A stretch of DNA of 54,752 nt, counting the filler, from Sphacelaria rigidula (taxonomy: Eukaryota): assembly GCA_964200075.2 (NCBI GenBank). It is 5 parts of 5 records of this genome, joined end to end, with 100 filler letters (N's around TTAATTAATTAA, not from the genome) between each part and the next. Parts side by side here need not be neighbours in the genome. Positions count along the whole stretch, not along the records: positions 32,913 to 43,782 come from CAXNAA020005763.1; positions 43,883 to 54,752 come from CAXNAA020005764.1; 3 more parts are not named here. One strand, given 5' to 3'. The position numbers and the translations under genes are program-made. The notes under the pieces were generated by a model that saw only the letters and a list, made by a program, of their open reading frames with translations, was not told the DNA's origin and did no database searches. Each line of letters opens with the position of its first letter. Position 1 is the first letter of the stretch. Positions 35,327 to 47,500 of the stretch are shown in pieces.

Positions 35327-38300
35327 ACCAGAGGTAATCGCTGCCCTTATACCACAAGTAGGCGCCTTTAGTGAGCGGTTGTTGTTTTGCGCGAATCTTT
35401 TCGTCCCATTGTTTGGTGGGTACGAGTTTGTAACCATCGGCTACAAAACGTAGTCCTTTGTCGCGGTGGAGTTCGCGGGCTGCGGTGCCGCGTCTCATGT
35501 TGCGATGTCCCTTGTTGTCAGCGAGCAGTTGCTGAGGGGATTGTGTCCAGTAGAGAAGGATAGCACGACGGTGCAGTTGAAGGTCGGACTCGCGTTTCCA
35601 AGGCACACGTCGAAGACCTTGCCAGTGTGTCTTGTACATGACAGCAATTTTGCCGCCAGGACCTCGAGTGATTTGGTGGCTGGAAATGTGGGACACGGCC
35701 AAGCCGAGAGGTTGTTCAGTCACGTTATCGGTGATAACGTGGTACGGTGGAGATTTGGTGGAGTAGCTGTTGAGCACGTATTGGGTGAAACCTGCAGGCA
35801 GGTATTGAGGCATGGCCGCGGTGTCATGCGGGTTTGTGCAGGGCTTGCAACGATTCACAGAGACGCGAGATTTAGCATCGTGCCCCTGGAGGTCACGAGG
35901 TAAATCGAGGTAAAGGAGATTGTCGCCAACGGGCTTGCCGTCAGGAGATGTCGGCGAGGGTCCGACTATGAGAATCTTGGACGGACCCGTCCAGTTGTGG
36001 GACAGTTTCGTCTTCAAGACTGTTCCCTGGGCAGTACGGTCAGCGCCTTGACGGATGGTGGACAAATCGTTGTTGTAGATGCAGACCCAATCGCCGATCT
36101 TCCAAGTAGGGCGTTTGTGCATCAAGTTGTAGAGGGCGGTATTTGATCTTTCAAGGCGTGAGACGCTGATAGCGTGTTGTTCGCGCACCAAGGTGAAAGC
36201 TTTGCGCTGACGAGCCCTGGCGAGGTCGTGGTAGGACATCTGATCCTATTCGAGACCTTGGTGACCATCGGAGGTATGTCGTTCGAAAACGGTGATGGGC
36301 AGACGAGGGTAGCGTCCAATATGCAGTTCGTTGGGCGAGAGGCCCGTAGCCGCGTTAACCGAATTGTTGTAAGACAACATGACATGCGAGAGATGAAGGT
36401 CCCAGTCATTTTGTCGGTCGTTGACGACCATGGACAGCATTTGAGCCATCGTGTGGTTCACACGTTCAGTCCCACCGTTACCGTTAGGGTGGTAGGCGCT
36501 CGTGGCAATTTTGCGAATGCCGAGGAGCTTGTACAAAGCATCCGAAAGTTCGGAGCAAAAATGTTGACCATTGTCGGAGAGGATCCGTTTCGGGCAGCCA
36601 TAGTGCTTAATGTAGTCATGGACGAGAATGTCCGCTATACCAGCAGCAGTGAAATCGCTAGCAGTAGCAGCATACATAGCCGCGTGACGGCTGAAGCGGT
36701 CGGTGAAGAGTAGAATGTAGGTATTACCACGGTCAGTTGGGGGGAAAGGGCCGAAGTAGTCGAACGACACGAAGTGGCCAGGAGCGTTTGGAAGCTCCAT
36801 GGAAATCACCGGCCACCGCACAGTCTGTCGAGAGGTTTTGCGAGCCTGACATTTGAAACATCGTCGGACCCAAATACGCGTGGACGCTTCCATGCCAATC
36901 CACCAATAAAAGCGTTCGAGGAGCGCTAACGTGCGCGTGACACCTACGTGGCAGGACAAATCAGAGTGACAGCCCTTCATGACCCACGGGCGCATCATGA
37001 TAGGGACATAGATGCCGATAGGGGCGTCATGACGCATACGTGCCGGAGCGGCAGGTGTCACTGCGGCAGTCGTGCCTAATTGGGAGTTGGGGCGGCGAAC
37101 AAGCAAATGGACGTCGTCGTCAGTCGCGAAGATAGTACCTTTGCGTGCTAGCTCGAGCACTTCAGAGGCGGTGGTGGCGGGTAGAGTGCCCACGGGGGTC
37201 AGGATCTCAGCCGGGAAAGGGGTGGGGCAGTTAAGCCGTAAGTAACGCATTGTCGCGCGGCAGAGCAGTTCCTGTTGTTGGTCGCGAGCCCAATTACGGT
37301 GAGAGTAGCTAGCGAGAAAATCTCGAAGTTGTTCTTCAGCCAGAGAGCCAACCAAACATGGTGGCTCAGGAGGGGGTGGCACAGGTGAAGAAGCAGGGGT
37401 GCCGACGTCAATATCTTGATCCGGGAGCGGATCTGACGCATGTGTATCGCGAGTCAGAGGCGCAGGTGCTGGGAGATTCCCAGAAGGCGGCGTGGGGGTA
37501 GCGCGAACTGGTGAACGCGATCGGCGCGTTGGGCGCACAAGGGGCGCGGGCGGTGTTGGTACAACACTGGGCACGCGGCCGGTTTTTGGAGGCGTGGTAC
37601 GGCCCGTGGGGGCACGAGGCGGCGGCGGCGACGCATGGCTAGAAGCGGTCGGCGCCGGTGGTGGCATCACAGCACGCGGAGAATTTGCACGAGCTGCCGA
37701 CCGAGAGCGCGTGTTGTCGGAGACGAGGGTAATAGTTGGTAGTGACGGCGCCGAGATGTTCGCGCGAGGGCCGAAAGTGCGGAAGTCGGCAAAATCAGCA
37801 GCTATGGGCGATATGTCATCCAAAACTGTATCAGGGAGCAGAGGGCGGGGGCCCCCCATGTGCAGACCCGTTTCAGGGCATTGCAGGTCAAGCGCGTAGA
37901 TGGGCGTAGAAAAGCGCCGAATGGGGTAGACGCCTGGTTCATCAGGTTCAGTCAAGCGGCAAGCGGGACTGAAATCTACCGCTGTAGGGGGCAGAGGCAA
38001 TCGCGAAAGAAGGTCAGCATTGTCATTGGTTTTGCACCGACGGTGTTTGACAGTGTACTGGTAGGCAGTCAAGAACTCCAGCCACCTTTGTACGCCGGGG
38101 TTATGTTCTCCAACCTTAGCGAGTTGTTCAAGAGCTCCGTGATCTGTATAGATGTGGAAAGGCACGTGGAACAAGTACTGTGTCGAAGCCTTTTAATAGC
38201 CCAAGTCATGACTCCGCCTTCTAGTTCGAGTGGACTCCAGCTTGCCTCGTTCGGGAGTGTTACGCGGCTGATGTACAAAATAGGTCGGACAGAGCCATCC

Positions 38301-38339
38301 AATTGGGGCGGATTCAAAACGGCGCCGAACCCATCCGTG

Positions 38340-38597
38340 GAGTGATGCCGCGGTAGGGTTAGCACTTTTACGGCCTGAGAGTAGAATTGTTAGGAATCCT
38401 TTATCTCATCCAAAACACGACTTTCGAAATAGGTGAGAGTACGCCAGGGTGTTTCTTCCAATTTGCTAGGGATATCCCGAATGAATTTGCAAACGGGGAT
38501 ATCCTGACCCATATTCTTGTGTAGTTCCTAATTTTAGGAACCCCTGAATCAGGCCGGTTTTGGCCCCAAACGTGCAGACCCTATCGCAGCATCACTC
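38340..38597. mobile_element. 258-bp MITE (GAG..CTC ends, 4-bp TSD; Sola2-like) inserted in RNase H
   Basis: TIR GAGTGATGCCGCGGTAGGGT / ACCCTATCGCAGCATCACTC; TSD CGTG/TGTG; excision restores TDASTDGFGAVL. Confidence 0.85.
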
Positions 38598-38914
38598 TGT
38601 GCTAGCATCGGTGTGTGGTTTGAAAAGACGTGAGCCGTCTTGTACCGCGTCCCAATCCGGAAAACGAAGAGCCAGTTTTTCGGTCAGTGTTTTGAGCAGT
38701 TCGCGGACGGTGGCTTCCATTTCTTCAGTGAAGACAAACGGGATGTTTTCCTTCAATATAGCTGTGATGGGCCGGATTCGCTTGAACAAATTGAGCAAAA
38801 AATTGCGATAATATGAAAGTCCACCCAACAGCGAGCGAAGCTGCGAAATATTGGTGGGCATGGGCATATCAGTCATAGCCTTGACTTTGTTCGTGTCTGG
38901 GTGCAATCCAGCAG

Positions 38915-39207
38915 CGCGGGTGGCCACTGGGGTCTGCAACCTGGCCATTTTGGGACTTTATCCACATTTGGTAAGGTCCGCGGATTAGGTGGACAACTGA
39001 AGAGCATTCGCACAGCATGGGCAGGATCGAAACAAGACATGTCCCAGTCTATAGGCGGGTGATTCCCCTGTAGACTGGAACATGCTTTGTTTCGTACCTG
39101 TCCGTGCTGTGCGAATGCTCTTCAGTTGTCTACCCAACCCGCGGACCTTGCCAAAGGTGGATAAGGTCCCAAAATGGCCAGGCTACAGACCCCAGTGGCC
39201 ACCCGTG
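38915..39207. mobile_element. 293-bp foldback MITE (C[A/G]C..GTG ends, 2-bp TSD; CMC-like) inserted at the end of RT
   Basis: Almost the whole element is an inverted repeat; TSD AG at 38913-14 and 39208-09; excision restores FLGHSISPAGLHPD. Confidence 0.88.
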
Positions 39208-42027
39208 AGGAGAGATAGAGTGTCCCAAAAAATCTAATTCAGTGGCTCCGAGTCGAGCTTTGGATGCAGACAACTTTAAGTCGTGTGTACGCAAGCGGGA
39301 GAGGAATTCCCGTAGAGTGCGCACATGCGCCTTGGGGGAGGCATCAAAAGCGATAACATCGTCTCTATACATGATAACATGCTCGAGGCCGTCAGTAACG
39401 CGTTGCATGAAGCGTTGAAAGCAGCCAGGTGCGGTGGCAGCGCCTTGTGGCATGCGAAGCCATTCAAAAAGCCCTGAAGATGTACAGAACGCTGTCAAGG
39501 GAACTGTATCGGGGTGAATTGCATATTGGAAAAATCCAGATGCCAGATCGAAAGTGCTGAATATTTTTCCTTCGCCGAGAGAGTCGAAGACTTCATCGAT
39601 GCAAGGTATGGGGAGTTTTCCCACGACAGTGACGCGATTCAGCCGTTTGTAATTCACGGTGATGCGTATGTTGCCATCTTTTTTCGGGACAACCACGAGG
39701 GGTGAGGCCCATGGCGAAGACGAGTGTTGGATCAGACCAGCTCCTAAGTATGCATCCAAAATAACATTGACGTTTTTGGTGAGGAGGGGATTCGTTCGAT
39801 ATGGTCGAGATGAGATTGGCGAAACGCCAGGTTGCAGTGTTATCTCGAATGGCAATGTTTTACAATGCCCGGGATCTGTCTTGGATCGAGAAAATCTGTC
39901 CTGATATTCCAGGAGAACATCTTGTAGCTCTTGAACGACGGCGGGCTCCCAGCCCGGACCATGTAAGTCAAAATGAATATCACGCAAATGAGGTGGAAGT
40001 TGGTGCCACATTTGCAGGAAGTGTTCCCGAGACTCGACCGATAAGCGTTGAAGCACTTCATCAGGAGGTTCAGCAGGGGGGCGATCGGATTCCACCGCAG
40101 AAATCCGAGTCGGGGGTGAGGCAGATAGATTGAAGTATGGCTCATCGACGCAGTGGACAAAACCATCAGTCGGCGGCGTGAGATCAGGCGCCGGAGTGTC
40201 GGCTACACAGGTTTCCACAGGAATGTGCAGAAGAGGAGCCGCGGCGATGCCCAAGACATCGCCAGGTTCGAAATTAGCATGGCCTGTGAGAGGCAGGAGT
40301 TGTTCGCCGTCCGAGACACAATGCTCAGTGCCAGCGGGCGCGCCAACTTTAGGCAGCAGTTCCGCAAGGTAGTGGCCGGTGAGGGCAGGCATACCGTTGC
40401 GGCGAACAAGCAAAAGTTCCAAGAGTTGAGGCTTGTCGGAAAGGGTGACGCCAGAACTGCCATTGTACCGATAATGGTAGGCCGCTCCGGTAGCCTGCTC
40501 ATTCTTCTTGTAGGCTAAGGCCCCATTGAGGGTACCAAAGTGTTTTAGTTGGAGTTCTCCACGAGGCGCGGACTGAGGCGATAATGGTGCGAGGGTGCGG
40601 TACGTGCGTTGGTCGAACCGCATGTAGCTATCTCTGCCAAGAAGGAGAGCATGATGCATGGTGCTGTCAGGGACGATGTAAACCCAAACTGCGAGACTAG
40701 CCGAACGTGTATCATTGTGAAAAAATTGTACACTAAGACGAACAGATTTTCGTGTCGTCAAGGGTGTTTTGGAGTCGCCGAAACCGCCCCAAACGCAAGG
40801 TTGGGTGATGATTTCGTAGACATCGGAAGCAGCGCTAGTCTGCGTCATATGATTCCACATGGATTCGTTGATGAATGTCTTTGGACTACCGCTGTCTAAC
40901 AACGAGACGCACTTGGCGCGCGCGGTGGCGTAAGGGCCGCAGTGTAATGTTACGCGGGTAGTGAAGGTGGCAGGATAAACGGACACCTTACCAACCAACA
41001 AGGTCAGGGCCATGTTCAGATAACGTGAATTGGTCAGGATTAGTCGGACTGACCGCGAAAACGTATGGCGGGTGATCCGCAGGGAGTTCGAAGGTATCGC
41101 TAGACAGCACGGGGGTCTGATCCGATCGTGAAGGGCAGCGTGAATCATAATTTTGATCAATCTCGTAGATGACTGGCTTGAAAGTACAAGGTTCATCATT
41201 GAACAGAGATTGCTGCGAAGTGCTACGGGGGTCATCGGTGGAGGATGCGGTACCGTCTGAAAGGTCCGATTTGGATTCCTCTTGGATGCCTGGTAATGTC
41301 ATCTAGCTCAAAGTCGCCGCTTTTTGGGGAGAATGAGGTCGGAATATTCCGCTGACGGGAGGGGGGCGTGCCAATGCTCACGCTTCCTTGGGGGCATGAC
41401 GACGAGGCTTCCTCTCGTGCCGTGACAAATGGCTGGGAACTTCCAAGACTTCTTGGGAAACTGCAACTGCGTCCAGTTGAGGTGATGTTGTTAGCATCGG
41501 GGCATGCTCGGTCGAAACTTGTGGACTGTGCGCTGGCAAGCTCGGTACAAAGGGCACCGCTAAATGTGAAAGGAACAAGTGCTGTCTGCTGTATGTCGGG
41601 GTAGGTTCGCAGCAGAAGAGAGGCGCGAAAAACGACTACAATCGGGCTGGGTAGGAGTCGAAAGGTTTGAAGTGGTCAGTTTCGAACCATCAACACCAGA
41701 ACCAGGTGAAGGAAGTCTGCTACAACCGGTGCGTGCGGTCGTTGAGGGAAGCCTGTGCCACCAGGGTCCGCGGTTGGTCTTCCCACATCTCAGATTTATA
41801 CTTAGTTCCGGACGACAACGTCTGGAGCAAAGCATAGAGCTAGGTGGTGAGTCAACACAACGGTTACGCTGTGTGTATGAAGATAAAGACGGGGGTGGAC
41901 AAGGACGGACGTAATCAGATCTCCTACATAGTGTTGAATGAGAACGTTTTGTCACCCGAGTGTGTGTTGGATGAGTCTTCGATGTTGCTATCGGCGGCGC
42001 CGAAGACGTCACGCCGTCGTTGGCGTG

Positions 42028-43377
42028 TCATGGATCGTCGCGATCCGTCATGAAAGAACCAGGGTTTCTGGCATAGGGGTTGGAGTTGTCGTGAGTCCGC
42101 TCCGTTCGCTGGTGATGGCCATGCGAAGATTGGGAAGGGCGGAAAGAACTATCTCTATGGTAAGTGCCTGAGATGGTGTTGGTGGTGTGGCGGCGGTCGC
42201 GATTTAAGCGAAAGTCGCTATGATTGTGGTAAGGCTGGCGATGATGGCGAGATGGGGTACGATACTCGCGCATGCGTTTTTGCCGTCGGCGCCACGCCTG
42301 CCTGTTGCTCTGAAGTTCAGGGTTCATGAGCGAAAAAATATTGATGCAAGGTTCAGGGCAGTCACGCATACTGTGGCCAGTACCATTGCAGTTGATGCAT
42401 GTGTTAGCATGGCGACGAAAAGCATCCTTGCGAGCCGAAGGCGAAAGCAAAGGGGTCCACAAATGTGGGTCATCGGTGATGACAGCAGTTATAGAAACGA
42501 CATAAACGTCATCAAAAGTATCTGCCAAAAAAGGCCAAGAGTCGAAGCTTGCACGGAACGGGTCTTTCTTGCTACGAACAGACATGACTGATCCACCAAC
42601 AGAGTTAGGTGTCCAAGTATTACTGGACAAAATCTGAGTGCGTCCACGAAACCCGGAGGTACTCGTGGATGCAGCACGGAGGGTCTGCGAAGACCCAGAA
42701 GAGCACTGTGTGCCACGAATGGCAGGCGTTAAATTACGTTCTTGATCTACAAACGCATTCCACATCGCGTCTACGGAGGCGTAAGGCACCTCTTTGTGCG
42801 CCAAAGCGCCCGGAAATAGAGACGGCATCAGCGTCGGAAACTGCTGAGCGATGCTATTGCGAACATACGTCTGACACATAGCATCGCTAGAGCCATTCTG
42901 TCGGCCAGTACCAGTCACACTCGACACCAAAAGCTTGAATTCGCGTAGGTAGTCAGCAAAGGGCACGTCTGTTGCCACGGCGAAGGAACTGAGGTGCTTG
43001 ATGGCGCCTGCCTGATCAAACTTATCAAAATAACTTATGAAGCGCCTTTCCTAATTGCTGAATAATAGCGGCGCTGTTTGCCCGCCGGCACGATCTTGAT
43101 CCATTGCAGCGAAGAAGGGGTCGAGAATCTGCATCAAAGAAGCAACAACGTCAGGGGAGGCGGCTGATTGAGCGGTGCAAAGTCTTATGCAGCGGTATTT
43201 GCCATCCATCAATCCAGTCAGAGTCTTCGAAACGTTGTTGACCAGTTGCATCGGCCAACTCAAGGATGTTGAGCATCGTTCGACGCATTGAGGAAATGAG
43301 AGCGGGCGTAAACTGACCAGAGTCCTCGTTGTCTGCAGCAGGCATGGTTTTGATATGTCAGAATTTCTTACATCCAT
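42028..43377 (-). pseudogene. gag: Gypsy gag with CCHC zinc knuckle, interrupted by an in-frame TAG
   Basis: ORFs 43051-43377 and 42028-42978 are in the same frame; CX2CX4HX4C motif CINCNGTGHSMRDC. Confidence 0.8.
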
Positions 43378-43782
43378 CTGTCAGTACTCACGCTTGATTG
43401 CAGCGACAAGAGACGCTTCTCTACAAGTATCGGAAGCGACCTTATAAGCGGCAGCTTGTTGTTTGGCTGCGCGGCGGCAGCTAGTGACTGAGCCGAGTTT
43501 GAAGACAATGGGCGAGCCTAATTGTCACTACCACTATCCGTGAGACCTAAAAGGCGAGCAGACGCAGCTGCTAAAGGAGGCTTTACTTGCCTGACGGCCG
43601 GTGAGGGCCGCATGGATTGCGTTGAGGCGTGGTGGCGGTACCTGGCAGTCGATGAACTTTAAGACTGATTACCGGACCGTTTGTGGCTGCCCCGGGTTGT
43701 GCGTCGACCGTTAACAACAAATTGTGCGAATTGAGGTTTAACTTCGAGATGAGGCTCAAGCCTAAAACAGTGCTTTCCCCAC

Positions 43783-43882
43783 NNNNNNNNNNNNNNNNNN
43801 NNNNNNNNNNNNNNNNNNNNNNNNNNTTAATTAATTAANNNNNNNNNNNNNNNNNNNNNNNNNNNNNNNNNNNNNNNNNNNN
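43783..43882. other. Artificial contig spacer
   Basis: 44 N + TTAATTAATTAA + 44 N. Confidence 0.97.
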
Positions 43883-44345
43883 CAGGTACACAAGTGTGTT
43901 CATACTTCACCTGTAGGAGCTGGATCGCATAGAAACTGATCTGTCCGACGTGTGCAAACTTTGGAATTGGCGTGTTCGGTGAAAGCGATTTTTTCAGGTT
44001 TCTCGGGCACCACCACTCATCATAGTTTCTGTTTGGTTCCAAACGTTGGGAATTAAAAGACATGAGCACCCGGCGTCAGTATCGAGAAAACATATTTCTC
44101 TACGAGCAATGTTTTAACGAGGAACAACGAGATCACCGGTCATTGAGGGTCCTACGAATGTACAGCACCCGGTCCTCGCTCTTGGATGCATTCGCTCGAC
44201 CGAACGGATCCGAATCATTACAATGAACGATTCTGAACGGCTTCAGTTTCTCAATTCTCTCGATATTCGTTACGCTACCGCCGAAAACCCGTGTTTCGGG
44301 ATCATATGCGGTCAACAGCACCCCTTCGATAACCAAAGTTTTACG
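43883..44345 (-). pseudogene. Possible decayed piggyBac-like transposase fragment
   Basis: Collinear remnants RIVHCND, DRVLYIRRTLND, RNYDE and FLCD resemble piggyBac LHFND, DRLxKIRPLID, SIDE, LCD; stops and frameshifts present. Confidence 0.42.
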
Positions 44346-44590
44346 CCGTATCGTTTCGATAGCACAAACTGGGGAAATGTGTCCTGAGCACGACCTGCTT
44401 CTTTGTCCAATATCGACTCTCAGACTCGCGTAAAGGTGATGAATCATCTTTGGAAAATAATCTAGTCGGAAGTTTGACACCTGTTCACCTTTGGCTCGAT
44501 GTGCGCCTTACTTTTTTTTTTCTTATCGCGCTCGGTCTGTTCTGTCATTTTTCTCTCTTTTTTTTTTCTGCGCGGCTTTATAGCTCGCAG

Positions 44591-47500
44591 TTCTTGGTGA
44601 CGGAGACCCAGTTGACGTGGTCGAGATCGGATCGGCCAAGTTGGCGTCAGGGTGAGTTCTTCAACACAGGGTACATTTACATGCCGTTTTGTGCGCATCC
44701 CACCTGGTGGCCGGTCGGGGATTTGTCGACAATCCCCTTTGAGCTGGGGGGCAGCTTGATGGATGGCGTGTCAGTGTATCGATGTACTTTACGATCGGAT
44801 CGTATTCCGTTTTTCCTTTTCGTGTATAAGCTCCTGCTTTTAATGAAGGAATATAAGGAAAACCCTCTAGTAGTAGTAGTTGTTGTTGTCGTTGCTGCTG
44901 CTGCTGTCACACATACCCCTTGCACATACAGACTTGTGATGTGCATACCGCACAAGCTGCTGCACCCACGAGATGAAGTGTTTCATGAAAGTGTACGAGG
45001 TTGCTACATCGTGGGAGGCCTGCTCTCGAGGTCACGTGCGTAACTTGTATGCCGCCCGCTGATGCAGCAGGTGGTTCGCACTCTAAACTCATACGGTACA
45101 GTACGGCAGTATCACAGGAAATAGTCACGCCAAAATCATCTTCACTTGCCCATCATCCGCGACCAAACGAGAGGCATTACACGTGCCACGCGTACCAAAC
45201 ACGATCGGAAAATTAATCCATCAGCTTTGTCGTTATTCAAGACTCATCAACGTGACTGCGAACAAGTTGGGTATCAAACAGAAAATCTCGACGGGCGGGA
45301 GAGACGAAAGTCCCGGAGAAGGTGGTACTAGAGGACTCTGAACGGAAAAAAGGTTTCTGGGCGAGCAACAAACAGGTCCTTGCACCAAAGAGCCCGAGAT
45401 GGGGTGATTAAAAAAGTGGGTGGTGAGCTATCGATGGCTACTCCCAGAGCTCCGGAAACGAAATGCTGCGATATCAGCACGAACCTGATTCGGAAGAAGT
45501 CTAAACGATGTACAATTCATTGCTAATGAGGTCTCTGGGTGCCCCGTGTGTAGGTCTGTGAAGGCGGTGAAGCCGTTGGGCTGCCTGGCTATGATCGACG
45601 ACGGGGAGCTGGACTGGAAGGTACGATACCGGCTCGCTCTGTGAGCACCCTGCCCCCCACACGGGAGGATGTATCCCCTCGTTCTTTTGTCGAAGTGGAT
45701 GGTCTACGTCGCGTCGCGTGACATCCATCTCGGGTTTAGTTGAATCGGCTTGTGCAAGGAGGCGGTCTGTGTATGTGTGTGTTTTGTCGTCCCATCTATT
45801 CTGGACGCCGGTCTACACCTTCTGGTATATGTGGGCGCACCAGCCGGGGTCACACAGGACGAAGGCCAACGCAGGAGCTTCGTTTTATATTTGTCATGAG
45901 TTCTCCGCCTAATTTCTGCGGTGCATGTCTTAATTTTTCATCGCGAGAGGGGGTTCCGCAGTCTCCTTCCCTCGTCGACCATGAAATCGAAATGTTATGT
46001 ATCCACGACATCGTCGCTCTCCGCTGTTGGGCAATGTGAGAAAAAATCCCAGATCGCTCCGAGGTTCGAACCGACGATCGAACCGTCAGAAGGTCTCGCA
46101 GTCACCGACTGAGCCACCGGGGTGACCAGTGTATAGCATCGCCATTTCGCCATTCTTTTGTAGCAACTTGCCCCAGTCATACGCACATTGCTGCAAAGTA
46201 ACCGCGGACACGACAATGGGACGACATGGTACTCGAGGTAGTTTTTTCGGGACTTGTTTAGGGAACAAGAAGGACTGCTTCAAGGGGAGCTTTGATCGTT
46301 CACCCGAAAAGCTTCGCGGGTAAGTTGCTCCCTCGTCAGACAGTCTTGAGCTAGGCACTGCGAGTTTATATCTGTTCTGTATATCCAATGATTTGCGATG
46401 GCTTGACGATATCTTTCCAGGTACCCCCGGGTTTGACCGCGTGTACCCACACCCGTTGCCGCACGTGATATGTGTCGTGCTATCTATTGCCACCTACCCA
46501 CAACGTGCGACTGATATGTCGGTGCTGACGTGGAGTGGTCTGCTGTGTCTTGTCCGGGATCGTTGCCTCGCCCCCCTACTCGGTCATGATTGATGATAAT
46601 CCCAACATGCGAGGTGGAAGCTCGGCACCTTGTGTGTCATGGAAGGAACCAGGGCCTCGTTGTTAATTTACCGGAGATCCGTAACACTGTACCTCGACAG
46701 CTGAGTTCGTACCCTGTCGCTTCGGAGTAACCGTTGCCTATCACAGTAGTACATGTGTAAGTACTCGGGGTAGCCCACCTCCCTCTTCCTCCGGACATTC
46801 GCGCTCTTGCACTTGACTCGCATCGTACCTTGCAACTGGTGATCCACCAGCCATCCCCACCTCTTTGCTGTTTGTTGGTCATCGGATACTGCGATAGAGC
46901 CATACTGGCGTATTCTCGTGTGTGGGAAGCAGTCCTCACCACCCTAATTAGTTCATGTTACCCTTCGTAAAATCGATGTACTCAACACGTTTGACCTTTT
47001 CCCCGCCACGCATATCTCTTGTGTGCGTTTTGTGCTAACGTGGGGCACACAGGTGATCGCCATCGACGTGAACGACCCGTTGGCCAAGGACCTGAACGAC
47101 ATCTCGGACGTGGAGGAGCAGCTCCCCGGGTATGTGTCGGGAATCCGGGAATGGTTCCGGTGGTACAAGACCCCCGACGACAAGCCCCTCAACGCATTTG
47201 GCTTCGATGAGAAGGCGCTTGACAAGGTGTGTGCGTCGCTTCTCTGCCGTAAACGCCTCGTTATTTTCTAGTTTTTTTTTTTTTTCGTTTGCGTTGCTAT
47301 TGCTGGTTACGTTTCACTTCTCTCTGTGTGCGTTTTGTGTGGGCGCCTGGGCGTGTGCGTGTGCAACGGTGCTTCCAGACTGTGCTGCCTTGATTTCGCC
47401 GCGTTGTGTTGGTTGTCAACCTGCATATATTTTCGTTTGTGTCTCTGGTCGATGATGTGTGCTCTCTCTCAGCGTTGCGGTACACATGGAAACTGTCGGA

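Larger units (their letters stand above)
34849..41000 (-). pseudogene. pol: Gypsy pol (PR-RT-RH-IN plus C-terminal chromo-like and PWWP-like modules), disrupted
   Basis: ORF pieces 39130-41235, 38592-38948, 38069-38365, 36246-38174, 35316-36239, 34849-35088; three insertions, one in-frame stop and frameshifts. Confidence 0.9.
33671..43782 (-). mobile_element. Decayed Ty3/Gypsy LTR retrotransposon, 5' end beyond the contig
   Basis: Minus-strand order gag (CINCNGTGHSMRDC knuckle) - protease (LLDSGS) - RT (SSSPWASPLVVVPKKDG, FDLASGFFQ, RMPQG, YRDD) - RNase H (TDAS..GFGAVL) - integrase (HxxxxxxH..CFKC, DYFGP, DNG, ERVN) - PPT - LTR; premature stops at 43051 and 36246 plus frameshifts. Confidence 0.95.

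Noticed and set aside
39340-39375. Unusual YRDD catalytic motif as a novel RT
   Set aside because: The element is decayed; a point mutation from YxDD is the simpler explanation.
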